Assembly: GCF_036321535.1 (NCBI RefSeq)
Contig: NC_087437.1
Coordinates: 39,000,001-39,064,000 of the forward strand
DNA length: 64,000 bases
Direction of reading: 5' to 3'
Source of the DNA: Camelus dromedarius
Lineage: Eukaryota
Translations under genes and position numbers: made by a program
Notes under the pieces: generated by a model
Told to the model about the DNA's origin: nothing
The model's input: the letters and a program-made list of their open reading frames with translations, nothing else
The model's database searches: none
Shown: positions 24,746-39,189 of the stretch, piece by piece
Layout: every line of letters begins with the position of its first letter
Numbering within the stretch: position 1 is the first letter of the stretch

Positions 24746-25126
24746 CCTTATATGTTTTTGAAAATATGTCTTTTGTTATGACCTTGCTTTGAACATCAAA
24801 AGGAATGTCAGGGTTTCTCAACAGACCACTTTTTTTGTTCTTTTTTCTCAGATAATGTAGACTGATACTTTTGTAAGATGCAATAAAAATATCATGCAAT
24901 TGCTGTAAAAGTTTCTCAAACCTATTCTCAATTCTATACATATCCTGCTGTAGACCAGAAAGAGTAGTCTGTGAACTGACATCAGTCCTCAATTTGTGTA
25001 GCCCTGAATTAGGTTGTGTTGTTTTAACAATCAATTTTATTGGAAAAAAATAACACTACTCTCTCACCCCTGACATGTTTGATCCAGTCATTGTTTGCTT
25101 TAAAAACTAGTGCACAGTTGTAATTA

Positions 25127-25171
25127 CACACACACACACATATACACACACACATATATGTATATATATAT
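25127..25171. repeat. (CA)n/(TA)n compound microsatellite
   Basis: Read directly. Confidence 0.9.
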
Positions 25172-26742
25172 AAACTTTAATTTTTATAGTTTTTAGTGTA
25201 AAGACGTGTAAAGTTTTAGAACCTCATTTTATTTGTAATTATCCTCAGGGACCTCTTCACGTACATTCACAAATGGTCTCAGAGACTTTGTCAGTCATGA
25301 GAGTTAAGGGAGCCCTTAATTTCCAAAAAGAATTTGATTATACTTGTGATAAAAGACTTAAGTCAATAAAGCTATGAAATAAACACAAGAAAATTTTAAG
25401 AAGTCATATGCAGGAGGGTTAGCAATTATGGTTATCGTCTAGGCTGGTTAAAGCTATTTCACATCATGTATAAATTCTGCTCTATTGGTCGAGGATCCCT
25501 ATAATATAATATTAAGAAAGATGTAGAGGCCAAGTGGGTTCAGCTGGGAAAGCCTGTCATGCCTGATTAATGATGTCTGGAAGAGGAGCAGGTGGGGTGG
25601 CAGGCGTGCCCTGGGTTTTCCTCCATTAATTATTGTGCTGGGTCTGAGTGTCCAGCAAAGCAGCAAAGGGAGAGCATTCTACAGAGTGGATTGTACTCGA
25701 AGAGATGGTTGCATTTGTAAGAAAGATGGACGTTTTCTTTGTTCTATATTCTAAACTGATTTTGTCTTTCTAGATGGAAAGGATATTGAAAAATACAATG
25801 AGTGGTATCCTAAAGAATGATTTTTCAGTAGACGTCCAGTTATATGCCTTTTAAAATATATCAACTCTTGATTATCCAAGAGACTATCAGAAAAAAGAAG
25901 CAGGACAATTTTTGTGAGAATTTCCACAAATACTACACTGTACTTATAAAAAGTAACAAAGAAAGCTAGAATAAGCATAGGAAGGTTAAATAATCGATCT
26001 GTTGGACCGTCCCTTCTCTCTGTATAAAGTTACAGGTTTATATCTTATTAGAAAATCTTTTTACTTTTCCTCTATGGCAAAACTAATGACACGACATTGT
26101 ATTGAAGAGGAAGGGGTTCAGTAATGAGGAACAGATTGGACGTGTCAGGGAGATTAGACACCCCTGTTGCAAACTTCTGACTATATCCAATGCCCTAACA
26201 TTGGTTTTGACAACCTGTGACAATGGCAGAAGTGACAGGGAGATGATTTTCATAATGCACAGAGGCAGTAGATGTAATTGTGTATCCTGAGTGACCTTCT
26301 GCTTTCTTCTCTGGGCACCCTTCCCACTTCCCACCTCTTCTTTCCTTCTTCCACTTACCCATTTCTCTTATTTTGTCACAAGTCCAATATTTTCTACCCC
26401 TTTCTCCTATTCCTGACCTTCGCAGAAGTATTAAATTATTGAATTTAATAGGAGACAGATTAAAGATTCTCTCTAACCTACTTATATTTTTTCAGTTGAC
26501 AGGACTTACTTTAAGTTGTTAATTGCTTAAGGTATTACCTCTTGGTAGTAAAACCTAGTATTGATTCTATCTCAGTTTAGACTTTTCTCTAGTACTGTAA
26601 TGCTTCAAGCTCAAAGTAACACTTTACTTGATTTTCTTTATTCAAAATTAAAAACTCATCATCGCTGTTCATACCATAAGTAACACTATATTATAAATAA
26701 CTCTCCTAATGGGTAAATGAATTTTAAACTTAAAATGTTAAT

Positions 26743-29700
26743 GGGGGAGACTTCTACTTCTGGTTAGAATAGAGTAGCAGAAACAAATCTTACAAATAAG
26801 TTTCTCTGACCACAGTGAAATTTAATGTAAAATCAGGAGCAGAAAGATATTTGAGAAATCCCCCAAAACATTTGAAAAGCAATTATAACACACTTCTAAA
26901 CAATCCAGAGGTCAAAGGAGAAGTCAAAAGGGGAAATAAAATGTAGTTTGACGTGAATACAAATGAGTACATGACAGAATCAGAATTTGGGGGATGCTGT
27001 TAAAGCAATACTTGGGGGGGAAGTTTTAGTACTCATGCCTGTATTGGAAATGAAAAAAGGCTCCAATCAACAAGTGTAGCTTCCAACTTAAGAAACTAGA
27101 AAAAAAGTACAAATTAAGCCCCATGTAAGCAGGAAAAAGGAAATACTAAAGATCAGAGAAGAAATCAGTGAAATGGAAAACAGAAAAACAGCAGAGAAAA
27201 TCAATGAAACCAAAAATGAATTCTTTGAGAAAATTAATAAAATTGATAAACTCCTAGCCAGGCTGATAAGGAAAAAGAGTGAAGATGCAACTACCAATAT
27301 CAGAAATGAGAGCGGTCACATCACTGCAGATGCTACACATATTAAAAGGACAGTAAAGGAATATTATGAATAACTTTATGGCAGTATATTCAACAGCATA
27401 TATATAATGGTCATATTCACTGAAAAACCAAAGTTCACTCAAGAAGAAATCAATACCCAAAGAGCTCTTTATATATAAAGAAATTACATTTTAGTTCATA
27501 ACCCTCCAACAAGGAAATCTTTAGGCCCATAAATTGTCACTGGTAAATTCTGCCAGACATTTAAGGAGGAAATGATACCAATTCTGCACAGACTCTTTTC
27601 TAAAATTTGAAAGAATACTTCTCAGCCCAGTCTTTGTGACCAGCATTGTCCTGATACCAAAACCAGACAAAGATATGCCAAGAAAAAACAAAGAAACATG
27701 AACGAGTAGTATTCTTCATGACCATTGATACAAAAATTCTAAATAAAATTTTAGAAAATCTAACCCAACAGTAAATTTAAAAGATAATCCAAAATGCCAA
27801 AGGAGATTGTAATGTAATATAGCTCACCATATTGACAAAGTAAAAAAATAATTATCCTTTCAACAGATACTTACAAAGCATTTAACAAATCCAGTATTCC
27901 TTTCAGTGAAAGTCTGAGCAAAGTAGGAATAGAAGAAAAATGCTTTAGCTTGATAAATGGTATCTACAAAAATCCTCCTGTAGCTAATGTTATAATTAAT
28001 GGTAAAACAACTGGAAAACTGAATGTTTTCCTGGAAAGATGAGGAACAAGAGAAGAATGTTCACTCTCACCACAACATTATATAGATGTTCTAGCCAGTA
28101 AAATCAGGCAAAAAAATAAATAAATAAAAGGTGTCTTGATTGGAAAAGAAGTAAAGCTGTCTTTACATGCAGATGGCCTTATTGTCTATGTAGAAAATTT
28201 GATAAAATCAGTGAAAACAATTCTAGCACTAAAAAGTAGGATTAGCAAGTTTGTAGGATATAAGAAATTCAATAATTAAATATATTTTTGTGTTAGCAGC
28301 AAACTATATGATATTCAAACTAACCGAGCAAAATCATTTATAATAGACTGAAAAATATGATATACTTTGGGATAAATACAACAAAAGATGTGAACGTACT
28401 GTACACTGAATATTGCCAAACACTGTTCTGCTGACAGAAATTAAAGAAGACCTAAACAAATGGGGGTGATATGTCATGTCCATGGGTCGGAAGATACAAT
28501 ACTGTAATGAAGTCAGTTCTCCCCAGCCTGATCTGTAGATTCAATGAAATTGCAATCAAAATCCCAGCAGGACTTTTTGGAGGGGGGGGGCGCAGGGGGT
28601 TGAAATTGACTAACCTATTCTGAAATCATATGGAAATATAAAGGATGTCAAATAGCTCAAGTAGGTTTGTGATGGAAGATGGATCGAAGGACTAAAGTAC
28701 CTGATATCAAGACTTATTATAAATCTGTAATAATTGAGACAGCATGGTGTTGGCACAAAAATAGCCTAATGTATCAATGGAACATAAGAGAATGATCAGA
28801 TATAGAGCTATACATGATCAGACAACTGATTTTCTAAAAAGCTGGAAAACCAATTCAGTGGACAAGGGATAGTTATTTGTTTGTTTCCTGAACAACAAAT
28901 GGTGCTGGAACTATTGGATATTCATAAGCAACCAAAAAATAACAGAGAAGAAAAATAATTCAAAATGGGCTATAGACCTATATGTAAAACAAAAATTATA
29001 ACATTTCTTACAGGAAGCACAGGAAAAATCTTTGTGATCTTTCATTAGGCAGAGATTCTTAGATATGACACCAAAAGCACAATTTTTTAAAATTTAAGGA
29101 CAGTCAGTTACAATGTGTCAATTTCTGGTGTACAGCACAATGTCCCAGTCATGCATATACATACATATATTCGCAAAAGCACAATTCTCAACAAAAACCA
29201 AAAAACTGAAAAATCAGACTTCATCAAAATTAAAACCTTTGGTTGCTGGAAAGACACTGTTAAGAGAATGAAAAGATAAGTAACAAAAGGGAAGAATATT
29301 TTTATGAAGCATACATCTAATAAAGGGTATGTATCTTGAATACATAAAGGACTCTCAAACATCAACAACAACAAAAAAAGCTAATTTTAAAAACTGGCAA
29401 AAGATTTAAATAGACACATCATGAAAGAAGACATACAGATGGCAGATAAGCACATGAAAAGATGTTCAACATTTTAAGTCATTCAAGAAATTCAAATTAA
29501 AACCGTAAGGAAGTATCACCACACACCTACTAGAATGTCTACAATTAACAAGACATAGTGTTGGCAAGAATGTGGAGGAACTGGAACTTTCATATGCTGT
29601 TGATGGAAATGTAAAATCGTACAGCCATTTTGCAAAGAATTTGGCAGTTTCTTAAAAATTTAAGCATATGCCTATCATGTCACCCAGCCATTCTCCTGGA

Positions 29701-30225
29701 CATTTACAAGAGAAATAGAAGCATATGTCCATGAAAAGATTTGTACATTAATGTTCATAGCAGCTTTATTTATATTAGGCATAACTGGAAAAGCCCCTAA
29801 AGTTTATCAACAGATGAGTGGATAAACAAACTGCAGTATACTCATACAGTGCAACACAACTCAGCAGTACGAAGAAATGAACTACTGCTATATATCCCAT
29901 GGATGAATTGCAAAATAATCATACCGAGTGGAGGAAACCAGACAAAAAAGAGAACACACCACATGATTTCATTATATACATTGCAAACTGATATTTGGTC
30001 CCAGAAAGTAGATCATTTTTAGCTTGGTGGGGCTAACGGGGTAAAGGAGCGGGACTGGAGGGAGAAATTACAAAGAAGCACTAGGAAACTTTTGGGGGTA
30101 ATCAATGTGTTCATTATGCTGATTTTAGTGGTGGTTTCAGGAGCATATACATGTGTCAAAACTTATCAAATTGCATACTTTATTGAAGTTTATTGCATAT
30201 CAATTATACATTAGTAACACTGTTA
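26743..30225 (+). mobile_element. LINE-1 (L1MC/L1MD-like): short 5' terminus, decayed ORF2 and 3' UTR
   Basis: ORF 27173-27373 (KINETKNEFFEKINKIDKLLARLIRKK...KEYYE) matches L1 ORF2p; decayed RT motif LSLHADGLIVYVE near 28157-28195; L1M 3' end; candidate TSD aaaatg(t/c)taa at 26732-26741 and 30226-30235. Confidence 0.9.
29085..29173 (-). mobile_element. Short young lineage-specific L1 3' end nested in the older L1
   Basis: Minus strand ...gctgtacaccagaaattgacacattgtaactgac plus decayed tail; perfect 13-bp TSD caaaagcacaatt (29072-29084, 29174-29186). Confidence 0.85.
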
Positions 30226-31050
30226 AAAATGCTAAGTATGAGGGCTTTCTGCTGCCTCTGCCAGCTCTTAGGGAGTATCTTCCCAAACAGTTAATTTTAG
30301 CTTTGAGTAAAATGAATAAAGATGCATAATCAGTGTTGCTTAGTACCAAGCAGCCATACTCTGGTGAATCCTTTTTCATCTTTGGAAGTGACTCTGTAAT
30401 ACCAAAAATAGTCTCCAAATTCAGTTTTTAATCCCCAGCATAGATGAGACCTTAATGCCCTCACCAGCCATCTGCCAGGTGCTCTGTCATCCCAGCTATG
30501 TCTGAACAGGGAACTCACTCCTTAACAGGAATATATAGCAGCTTTGGACTGTTCTTGCTTATAGATATTTATTGGGTATATTGATAAGTTTCTACTTATA
30601 TTGTTATTGACTGGGAGGAAAATACAGATTGTTACAGAAGGTCTTTAGTATCTGAAAGCCCAAATCTGAGAATAAGCCTTCTTAAAATTGCAGCACGATA
30701 CCCTGGCAGTGACTGCCCGAGTACATCCCTCTTTCACTGCCACCAAGGAGAGAGGTTCAGTGTGAGGAGTGTCAAGGGAATGGCCCAGCCAGTGGGGTGA
30801 TGAGTTCCTGACCTTCACCTGTGCTTCATTCAAAATAGAATTATTTTGGTCTGTTTTAATATCCTGCTTTTATGCAAGTTTCCTGGTGCACAAATCACCA
30901 GAGTGGTGGAAAGAACTTGTTCTTTGAGAGAGAAGAGCGAAATTCCATCTTTCCTACGCATTTCCATTTACACATTAGTACTGTTCGGAAGCCAGGTTAA
31001 GTGACATATTCAACTATTAGAATTGAGAGCTACTGCATCAGCACCATTTC

Positions 31051-31441
31051 GGTACCAGTTGACTAGGGCTGCCAAGAGAACACACCACAGATCGGGTGGC
31101 TTAAACATCAGAAAATTATTGTCTCGCAGTTTGGAGGTTAGAAGTCCAAGATCAGGTGTCAGTAGATTCAGTTTCTTGTGAGGTTTCTCTCTTTGGCTTG
31201 CAGATGACTTGTCCTTTCACTGTGTCCTCATATGGTTACCCCATGGTTCACATATTGTCTGTGCCTTAATTTCCTCTTCTTGTAAGGACACTGGTCATAC
31301 TGGATTTGGGCCCACCATATAGCCTCATTTTACCCTAATTACCCTTTTAAACGTCCTATCTTCAAATACAGTCAAACTAAAGTACAGGGGATTAGGATTT
31401 CAACATATGAATTTTGGAAGGGACATAATTCAGCCCACGAG
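31051..31441 (-). mobile_element. MLT1A-type MaLR solo LTR
   Basis: ctagggctgcc...ggtggcttaaac...gaagtccaagatcag...taaggacactggtcatactggatt...tcaacatatgaattttgg...cataattcagccc. Confidence 0.9.
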
Positions 31442-32059
31442 AGTTTCATTTTTATAAAATGACCTACTTTTCAAGATTCTTTTTAGCAGTGGTAAGATAA
31501 TCTATATAAAGCAATAGAAAAGCATCTGGCACATTATAGGTCCTCAGTAGATGATGATTATTGTCATTGTGAAATAAATATACAAATCTGTGCTTGTCTG
31601 GAGAAAATGTTTTTTAGACCATTTGATGTCCTAAGTGCCAGATTTTTTCCCTGTAATTTAAAACATTCTAAGATGTAATAGGAATCTATGAAGACATCAT
31701 AGAAAATGCTATTCAGGTTACAATGCATGTATATTTTTAACATGTTGAATTCAATGGCAGTGGCAAGACTCAACTTTTATTTACACAGCTCTTCACTCAG
31801 CTGAAGAGGAACAATAGCTCCCAACGCTAAGAGCTCTTCAATTAAGGAGCCCACTGAGGAGCTCGGGGTGCGTGGAATGTACAGAATGACAATGGTGGCA
31901 AATTGCACAGCCTCCAACTTCCCTCATGTTTACCTCCACTCCAGAGGAGAAATGAGGATTTGTTCCACTGCATTTTAAGCTGAGGTCAAGGGAACAGTTG
32001 TTTTTGTTCTGTTCCCTAGTGAGAAATTTAAGAAGTCTGAAATTCAAATACATTAGTGA

Positions 32060-32560
32060 AATGCAAATAATTTTACTTATTAATGGCCACTAGTGGTCTG
32101 TAATCATCACAGCTGATTATGTAAATAAATCATTTATGAGAAGAATTTTGCAGCATGGAATCCACAAGTTTTCTAATTGTTTTCCCTTCATATAGTTTTA
32201 GCCATATCTAATCTTGAATCGAGTTAAGGGACCAGAGTTTGAAAGAATATAATTTGAAGGAGCAGAGGAGCATCTGGTAATTATAAAACATCATGATACT
32301 CTTTAAAATTCTATATGTTACTCATAATTTCTAAGCTCAATGATCTGTGCTGTTATATTAATTAACTCTCAAAATTCTAATAGCTGAGCAGATCACTTGA
32401 TTTCGCTTGCCTACGCTACTTTATGTTAATTAATGAAAACCATAAATTCAGAGCCCTTGCAAATTGTGCTGCTTCATTGCATTTAGTGCTCTTGTAATTC
32501 CAACTCTTAATTAAATAATGAGCCTCCAGAGCACATTCCTAGCTGTGAGTTATACTATGT
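32060..32560. promoter_or_regulatory. Candidate conserved enhancer (homeodomain/POU/PBX-HOX motif cluster)
   Basis: Non-repetitive; ATGCAAAT 32061, TAATGG 32081, TGATTTAT (minus strand) 32125, TTAATTAA 32426 and 32507, CCATAAA 32440. Conservation not verified. Confidence 0.45.
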
Positions 32561-33999
32561 TGTGGATATAGCTGGGATTTCCACTAGCCAGTCAAGCCAA
32601 TCAATGTTATGTCTTTCTAACGGGTAGAAGAATGTATTATTCAGCCTTGATGCCTGATGTGATGAGAGACATGTAATGGGGAAACCCACCTTTGTTTTGA
32701 CCAGGTTGCCAGGATTGGATTTTCGTTTGCTGTTTCCTGTTGAGCCCACCTGGATTGGCAAGGGTGAATTATTTTCCTTCCCTGTGATTGGCGCAAGCCA
32801 CACTTGTATAGAGACAGAGCCATCGGCATATGGTGCGCTCTTTCCCTTACTTAAAGAAGCCTCTCTTTGTCATTCATTCGGAAGTCAACAAATAGGGGTT
32901 GAGCATCTAGTACCTGGGGGATGCAGCAGTGAGCAAGACTGCTCCTTTGAGAAAGCAATTAAATCTCCTTTTACATCAGTTTTTAAACCCTGAATCATTT
33001 CAATAGAGAGAATCTGTGCAGTATGTTTGTTGAGAGCCTCCACATTCAAAGGAATTTTAAAAGCACAATATTTGTAAGAATTTGTAGTAAAAATGCATAG
33101 TAGAGGAATAATAATTTAAGCTGAATGATCTTATAATTGATGACAAGCTTGGGTTTTACCTATGTTTATGGCACTCATCCATTTACCCCCTCATTTCCTG
33201 AATACATTTCCTGACTGATTTATCATATTTTACTTCTTATTTGCAGGATCTTTTATTTTTTATGAGGTTGTTTAGCAGAGTGAGATAGATCATATTTTGT
33301 TTTTCATGGCATAAGTTATTCAGCTGTACCGTTAGGAAGTAAACATCCGTTACAGTTTACTTTTAATGAGTGACCAAATCATTTTTCAGACACTAAGCTT
33401 TACAGCAGAAGAGTAAGCGTTCCACCAGTGGCAAGATCACTCAAGGACCAGAGTAACCCAGAATAGCAGGAGGTACTAAATGGCTGAACTCAGAAGCAAG
33501 AAATATTTAACTTGACAGACACAGCTAATTCTTGATTATTCGTGAACCATGTTTCAAATTGATGTATTATCCAATATTCTTTCTCTTTCCTCTTGATCCC
33601 TGCCCTCAGCCATTTATTTATTTCTGGCAGAGACAGTGAAATAGTCAACTTTACTACTTGTCCCAATTTAAGACAATATATTGATTAATTGTGATTCAGA
33701 ATTATATGTAGTAAACTATTGATTAAAAGGAATTCAAAATTATATACAATAAACTTTGGTGATTATAATATTTTGTTGACTCTTACATAGTGCCACAGAA
33801 AATATGGTTCACAAACTATTACAACATGCAGTAAAAGAATTTGAGAGAAGCCTTTAGAAGTGTTAATAGCAATTTGCCTTTCTCAAACATTCATGTGCAT
33901 GATTAGTGGACTCATGTTGAGCAGGGTAGAGCTATATTAAGAACTGAGGGTAAACAAACAGACATTCATCTTTCACTACAGATGTGTTAAGAAGTAATG

Positions 34000-34105
34000 T
34001 TATAAGATGCCCTTGATTGATAAATGCTTCACCAATTTTAAGATGTGTCCCAACTTTAAAGGTGTTGAAATGTGAGGAAGCTGTTATCTTAGAATTGGTG
34101 GTTTT
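34000..34105. mobile_element. Possible Tc2-type DNA transposon relic (MER104-like)
   Basis: taagatg...ggtgttgaaatgtga...atcttagaattg resembles the recalled consensus. Confidence 0.4.
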
Positions 34106-37009
34106 CCATTATTAACTTATTCCTTTATTTCTCCATTGGGAATTTCCTTTTGGGGGTATATCGTGATGGTGATTATTTCATATTCTTGTAGTAATTTCAA
34201 TAGTTGTGTGATGTAGTAGAAAATGAGTTGGTTTCGACTGCACAAAGACTGCCATTTACTGGTTTTACGACCTTGGACAAGGCTCACATTCCTTACTGGT
34301 GAAAATGAATAAGAAATAAATCCTAAGGTTGTTCAAACTGCTTTCTTATCTTAGCCTGACTAATGGAAGAGAGTACTTGAAACATGTTTCCTTTTATTTA
34401 TAATTTAAAAAATCAAATATGTGTATGCACACATACAAATAAATTTTGGTGCCTTAATAGAATATAAATTAATGGTTTCAGAATGTAGCTATGACATTTT
34501 AAGTATTTATCCTAGAAAAATTATACTAATTATATGGATTCAATGGTCAAATATTAAAAATAAGGTCAAAAATTACGTCTCACAGTTTTGACTGTTCTGA
34601 CTCCCATTACAAGTAATAGATGTAAGAATAAATATTGCAAATAAATTGTTTGAGTATTCTCTTAATTTTAACTAGTTTTTAAATTATTTATCTGTTGAAC
34701 CAAAATATTTGATATACATCTTCTACAGAAATAATATTTTGCTAACCCAGTATTTTAAATTACTTGAAATAATTACATAATCCAATTCCTTACTAAATTT
34801 TTTAGTAAGCTTGAGTCTTGTTTTTAAAATTTTAATACTAACTATTAGCTAATGAAGATTTCTTTGGCATGTGTAATATTTTCTTTAGGAAAATAAAGCT
34901 AACTAAATAATCTTGACCACCACACTTATAGAAACACATTCATATTTAGGTAGCTTTTATTTTGAACTCTCTTATTTTATCAGCAGAATTGTATGCCAAC
35001 ACCTGAGTTAGTTAAATGAACTGGACTCATGCTTGATAAGTATTAATATTTTGATATTATAAATTGCAATAGAATAATAGCACTTTTGATTCATCCTAGA
35101 TTGTTAAAAAATTTGAACTTATATTTGAAAATGAAACAAAGTGCAGAAAATAGACTTTCTTATTTACCTTTATCTTTATTCCAGTAATTAGCTAGCATAT
35201 ATTTTGGTAGTATATTATAGTATACAAAGTATTTTGCAGGTATTTTAAATACTTTTACAATTATAAAATTATGTATGTATTTTAGAAAATTATTATTACT
35301 TTCTGTTCCATGTGACTTTATTTACATATTTTTCCAGCTTTATTTTTTAAATTATTATTTTTTAACTCAATGATTTTACTATTCACTGACAGCTATTGTT
35401 AATGTTACAATGTGTTTTTTTAAGGATTTAAAAATTTTTTTAATTAATTAGATAATATTGTATCTTTTAAAAATAATATTATATAACATTTATTCAAGGT
35501 AATGAAGGTCTCCTGATAAACATCATCCATCATATGAATGTATTAACATTTAGAAAACTATTCACCTTTTATTGAATATTTAGGTTGTTTTCAGTTTTTA
35601 AGTACTGTAAGTAAGGTTCTGCTCACATCTTTAAGTAAGCTTCCCATGGTCTCTTTTGATCACCACAGCAACTCTGTGGGGTAGGCAAGGAGTGGTTTAT
35701 CTATATATTTTTTCATTGCTGTCAGAGAATGCAGAGGTGAAAATCCTGACCCAATGCCCCCAAAACAGGAAGCTTAGGTGCCAGCTGATAAACCCAGATG
35801 TTTAATATTTAATTAATTGCTTGTTCTCTTAAAATGATCTCATCATTAAAAGGGCCTAAGATAGAGGTGGTACTCATAAAACATGTATAACAGCTGTATA
35901 GCTGCTGCCTCTGCATAGAGTTGGTGACAATGTCCTGGATTATGTGGCATTGTTTAGATGAGGTCTCTGTGCCAGTGGTGTTGGTGGTGATTGTGATCTG
36001 TTGAGGGATGAGACTGCATATAACATAAAATTAATAAATGTATACAATAGAGTCTTTGACAGAATAATGATGTCCCTGTGCAACTAGTGAAAATAAAACG
36101 GGGTCCTATTTAATCCACCCAGGTCAGATGAAATCTGGTAATTAAGAAGTGAACAGATGTGCAGGCAAGGCTGACCTCATGTATGATTAACCAGAGACAC
36201 AGAAGATATATGACTCAAAAATTGCTATGGGTACAAATTAAACAATCGGTATTCCACATAAGCATTTCAAATTAAACTACAAAGCTAAAACTTAGAACAT
36301 TTATCTTTTAGAAAAACCAAACATAGTCTACCCCTTAGTTAGGCTAGCATTGCTGTTTTCCCTAATACCCAGTAAAAAAGTGTAGTGTACCATTTCCCCC
36401 TAATGGTATGGATTTAATCCTATCTTCTGTTTTAGGGGCTGCTCTTTAATTGAATCAGGGGAGTTATTTGTGTTTCACACGAGGAAACTTGGCACACATC
36501 ACAGGCAGTGGACAAGCAGATAGGGCTGTAAAGAGTGTACACTTGGCCCTGAGCAAAAGGTAACTGGCTCATCGGGACGTTTCACTTCCCAAAATGCTGA
36601 GGGCAGCTGAGAAGTTAGCCACACAAAGACAAGTGATTTATGGTGTTTATGAAGTGCTGACATGCCCGTGGGTTCTAGCCTCACTGCCAGATGAGAGAGC
36701 CACACCAGAATAATTTCTGTAAACATCCCCCTGTACCCATTCTGGCTTGGTCCCTGTGACCAGGTGAGCTCTCTTTGCTTTTTTGCCTCCTGAAATAAGA
36801 ATTCTAACTTGATTTTTCATATCCCAAATTCTCCAAACAATAATACTGTTCTTCAAAGGTATTTCAAGGCAGATTTCACACTTCCTTTCAGGGACCCGGA
36901 CTTTAAGTCTCGATAACAATACTCATTGCTGTCTGACCAAGTCACAGGCACAGTGATTTGAAGTAATATACATTTTTTGTTCTTTCATGAGTTGTAATAT
37001 AATATGCTT

Positions 37010-37145
37010 AAAAGTTTCTGAGCCTCAATTTCCTTTCTGCAAAGTGGGAAAAATAAATCTATCTAGAAGGGTTGTTGTGAAAAGTAAATATGATCATACA
37101 CATAAAATATTGTGAATACTCAATACTTGGTAGCTATTGCTATTT
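37010..37145 (+). mobile_element. MIR SINE
   Basis: tctgagcctcaatttcctttctgcaaagtggg...agggttgttgtgaaaagtaaatatgat MIR core. Confidence 0.75.
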
Positions 37146-39189
37146 ATATAAGGGGTAGTCAAAATGATAACAGAAGGAAAATAGATTTTGGTTGTCAGTT
37201 ACATTCATTTGGAAGTTTTATTTTTGCCACATATCAGCTGTATGACCTTGGGCAAATATTTAGTCACTAAGCTCAAATGTGTTATTTGAAGTTTCTCTTG
37301 AGTTCTTTAGATAGAAGAGGAGCAGAGCACATGTAATTTGGAGAATACTTACAGTGTCAGAACTCTTCTGAAATTATTTAAGAGCAAACTGAGAATAATT
37401 TTATCAAGTTGTTAATTTCTTGGAGAGTACATGGTGGAATTTGGTTGTCAGTATTTTGTGATGAAGGTATGTATCATGAATGGTTGACATTCACTGTTGC
37501 AATAGTAATTTAAGCTCATATAATGAATCAGTTCAAATCACTGAGCATATTTACCAAGCTGTACACATAATTAACATTTTAATTCCCCCGAATTATCCAT
37601 TATCCACAGTGCTTAGGAAAATGTATTAAATAGACTCTGGCAACCAGCAAGCTTAGGCTCTATCAGAACACAAGAGAAGGGTATTAAGTTTCTTCTAGTG
37701 ACCAAGTGAGTTTGAGTAGACTTTTGTAATGGGGTCAGGGAAACGTGTGCATGTTTTTACAATTACACTCACTGATCAGAGCTTTGAAAGAATAGGGGTT
37801 GGAATTGGACTGAGAGGGTGAGAGTTGGAAGTGAGAAATTTTGTTTAGAAATGTTAATTTGTTCTAGAGCAAATTTAAACATTTCCCAAGCCAACAACTG
37901 GTGATTTTACCAAGGTCCTTCCACTCATGCTCACCACATTCACACCCTCTATCCCTGCTCTCCTTATTTTTAAATAGTTGAACTGCCATTCAGATTCTAC
38001 GTTCTGATTTCTTTTGCTTGGTATTTCTTATTTGCTTTCTATATTACTTCTTTTTATGAGACATTTTCAAAAGAAGTTAATTTTCAGCAACAGTGTCAAT
38101 GTCAAATAAGAAGTAAACATTCAAGTTTTGAGGTAAAATGACATCTTGTGACTAGTCCCTGAATTTTTATTAATATTCCCTTTGGGACATAGTGAGGGAA
38201 AAAAGCCAATTCCTAACATTGAAAGCCAAGATTTCCAATCGGTCTATTGCCAGAATGTGGGGACAATTTGTGATAATTACTGAAGTGAAAAAATAAACAG
38301 ATTAACTTGGATAGGACTCATTGCAATTCACAAAATTGTTGAGGAGATATGTAAATCTAGCCATTCTCTAGTACAATTTTTGAAAATATAAATAGAAACA
38401 ACTGTTTTGAAAAATTTAATCACTTTAGAGAATACTTCTTGAAATTGAGATGTTAAAATGAGGAAATCTTTTTTTTTAAAGGAGGTAAGTTTGAGTTAAG
38501 GTTTAATTAGTTAAACAAAGACAAATCTAAAAAATAACGATTGTATAAAATTTGATAATAAAATTTTCAAAGTTAAAAAATTTTTAAGTACTATGGACAA
38601 TGTAGACATAATAATTTAACTGAAAATAGATTAAACTGAGAGATTATATTAACTAAGACCTGAACAGAGAGAGTAGAGGATAAAGAGAGGTAAAATGTCT
38701 TTAATTCTTTGTCTTGCATGGTGGAGTGTCAAAAGCTACACAGTGTCTTTTGATTATTGCAAATTTGGGATCTATAGTTTAAATATTTAAAGATAACCAT
38801 TAGTGGAGTTAAATATTCAGTCCAGCTTGCAGATTCCTGGAGAATATAAAAAATATTAAAAGTTATAAATCAAAGTAAGCATTTTAAAACAGCATAGAAC
38901 TACATAATGAAATACTAAATCTTAATAGTTACAGCAATAAAAATAAATAAGTTAAAATCCTTGGTTAAAATATAAAACTTTCACATTTGGTTAAAAACTA
39001 AAGTGTGACTGTCTCCTACTTGTCCAGGAACAGAGATTAAAACAAAACAAAAAAAAAGGTTAGGGTAATAACCTAACAAATGCAAACAGAAAGAGAGCCG
39101 AGATGGCAAATTTAATTTCAGACAAACTTATTTTCCAAGAATAATTTATTTTTCTTTGATTTAAAGAAAAATTATAAGGTGAAGCTATA

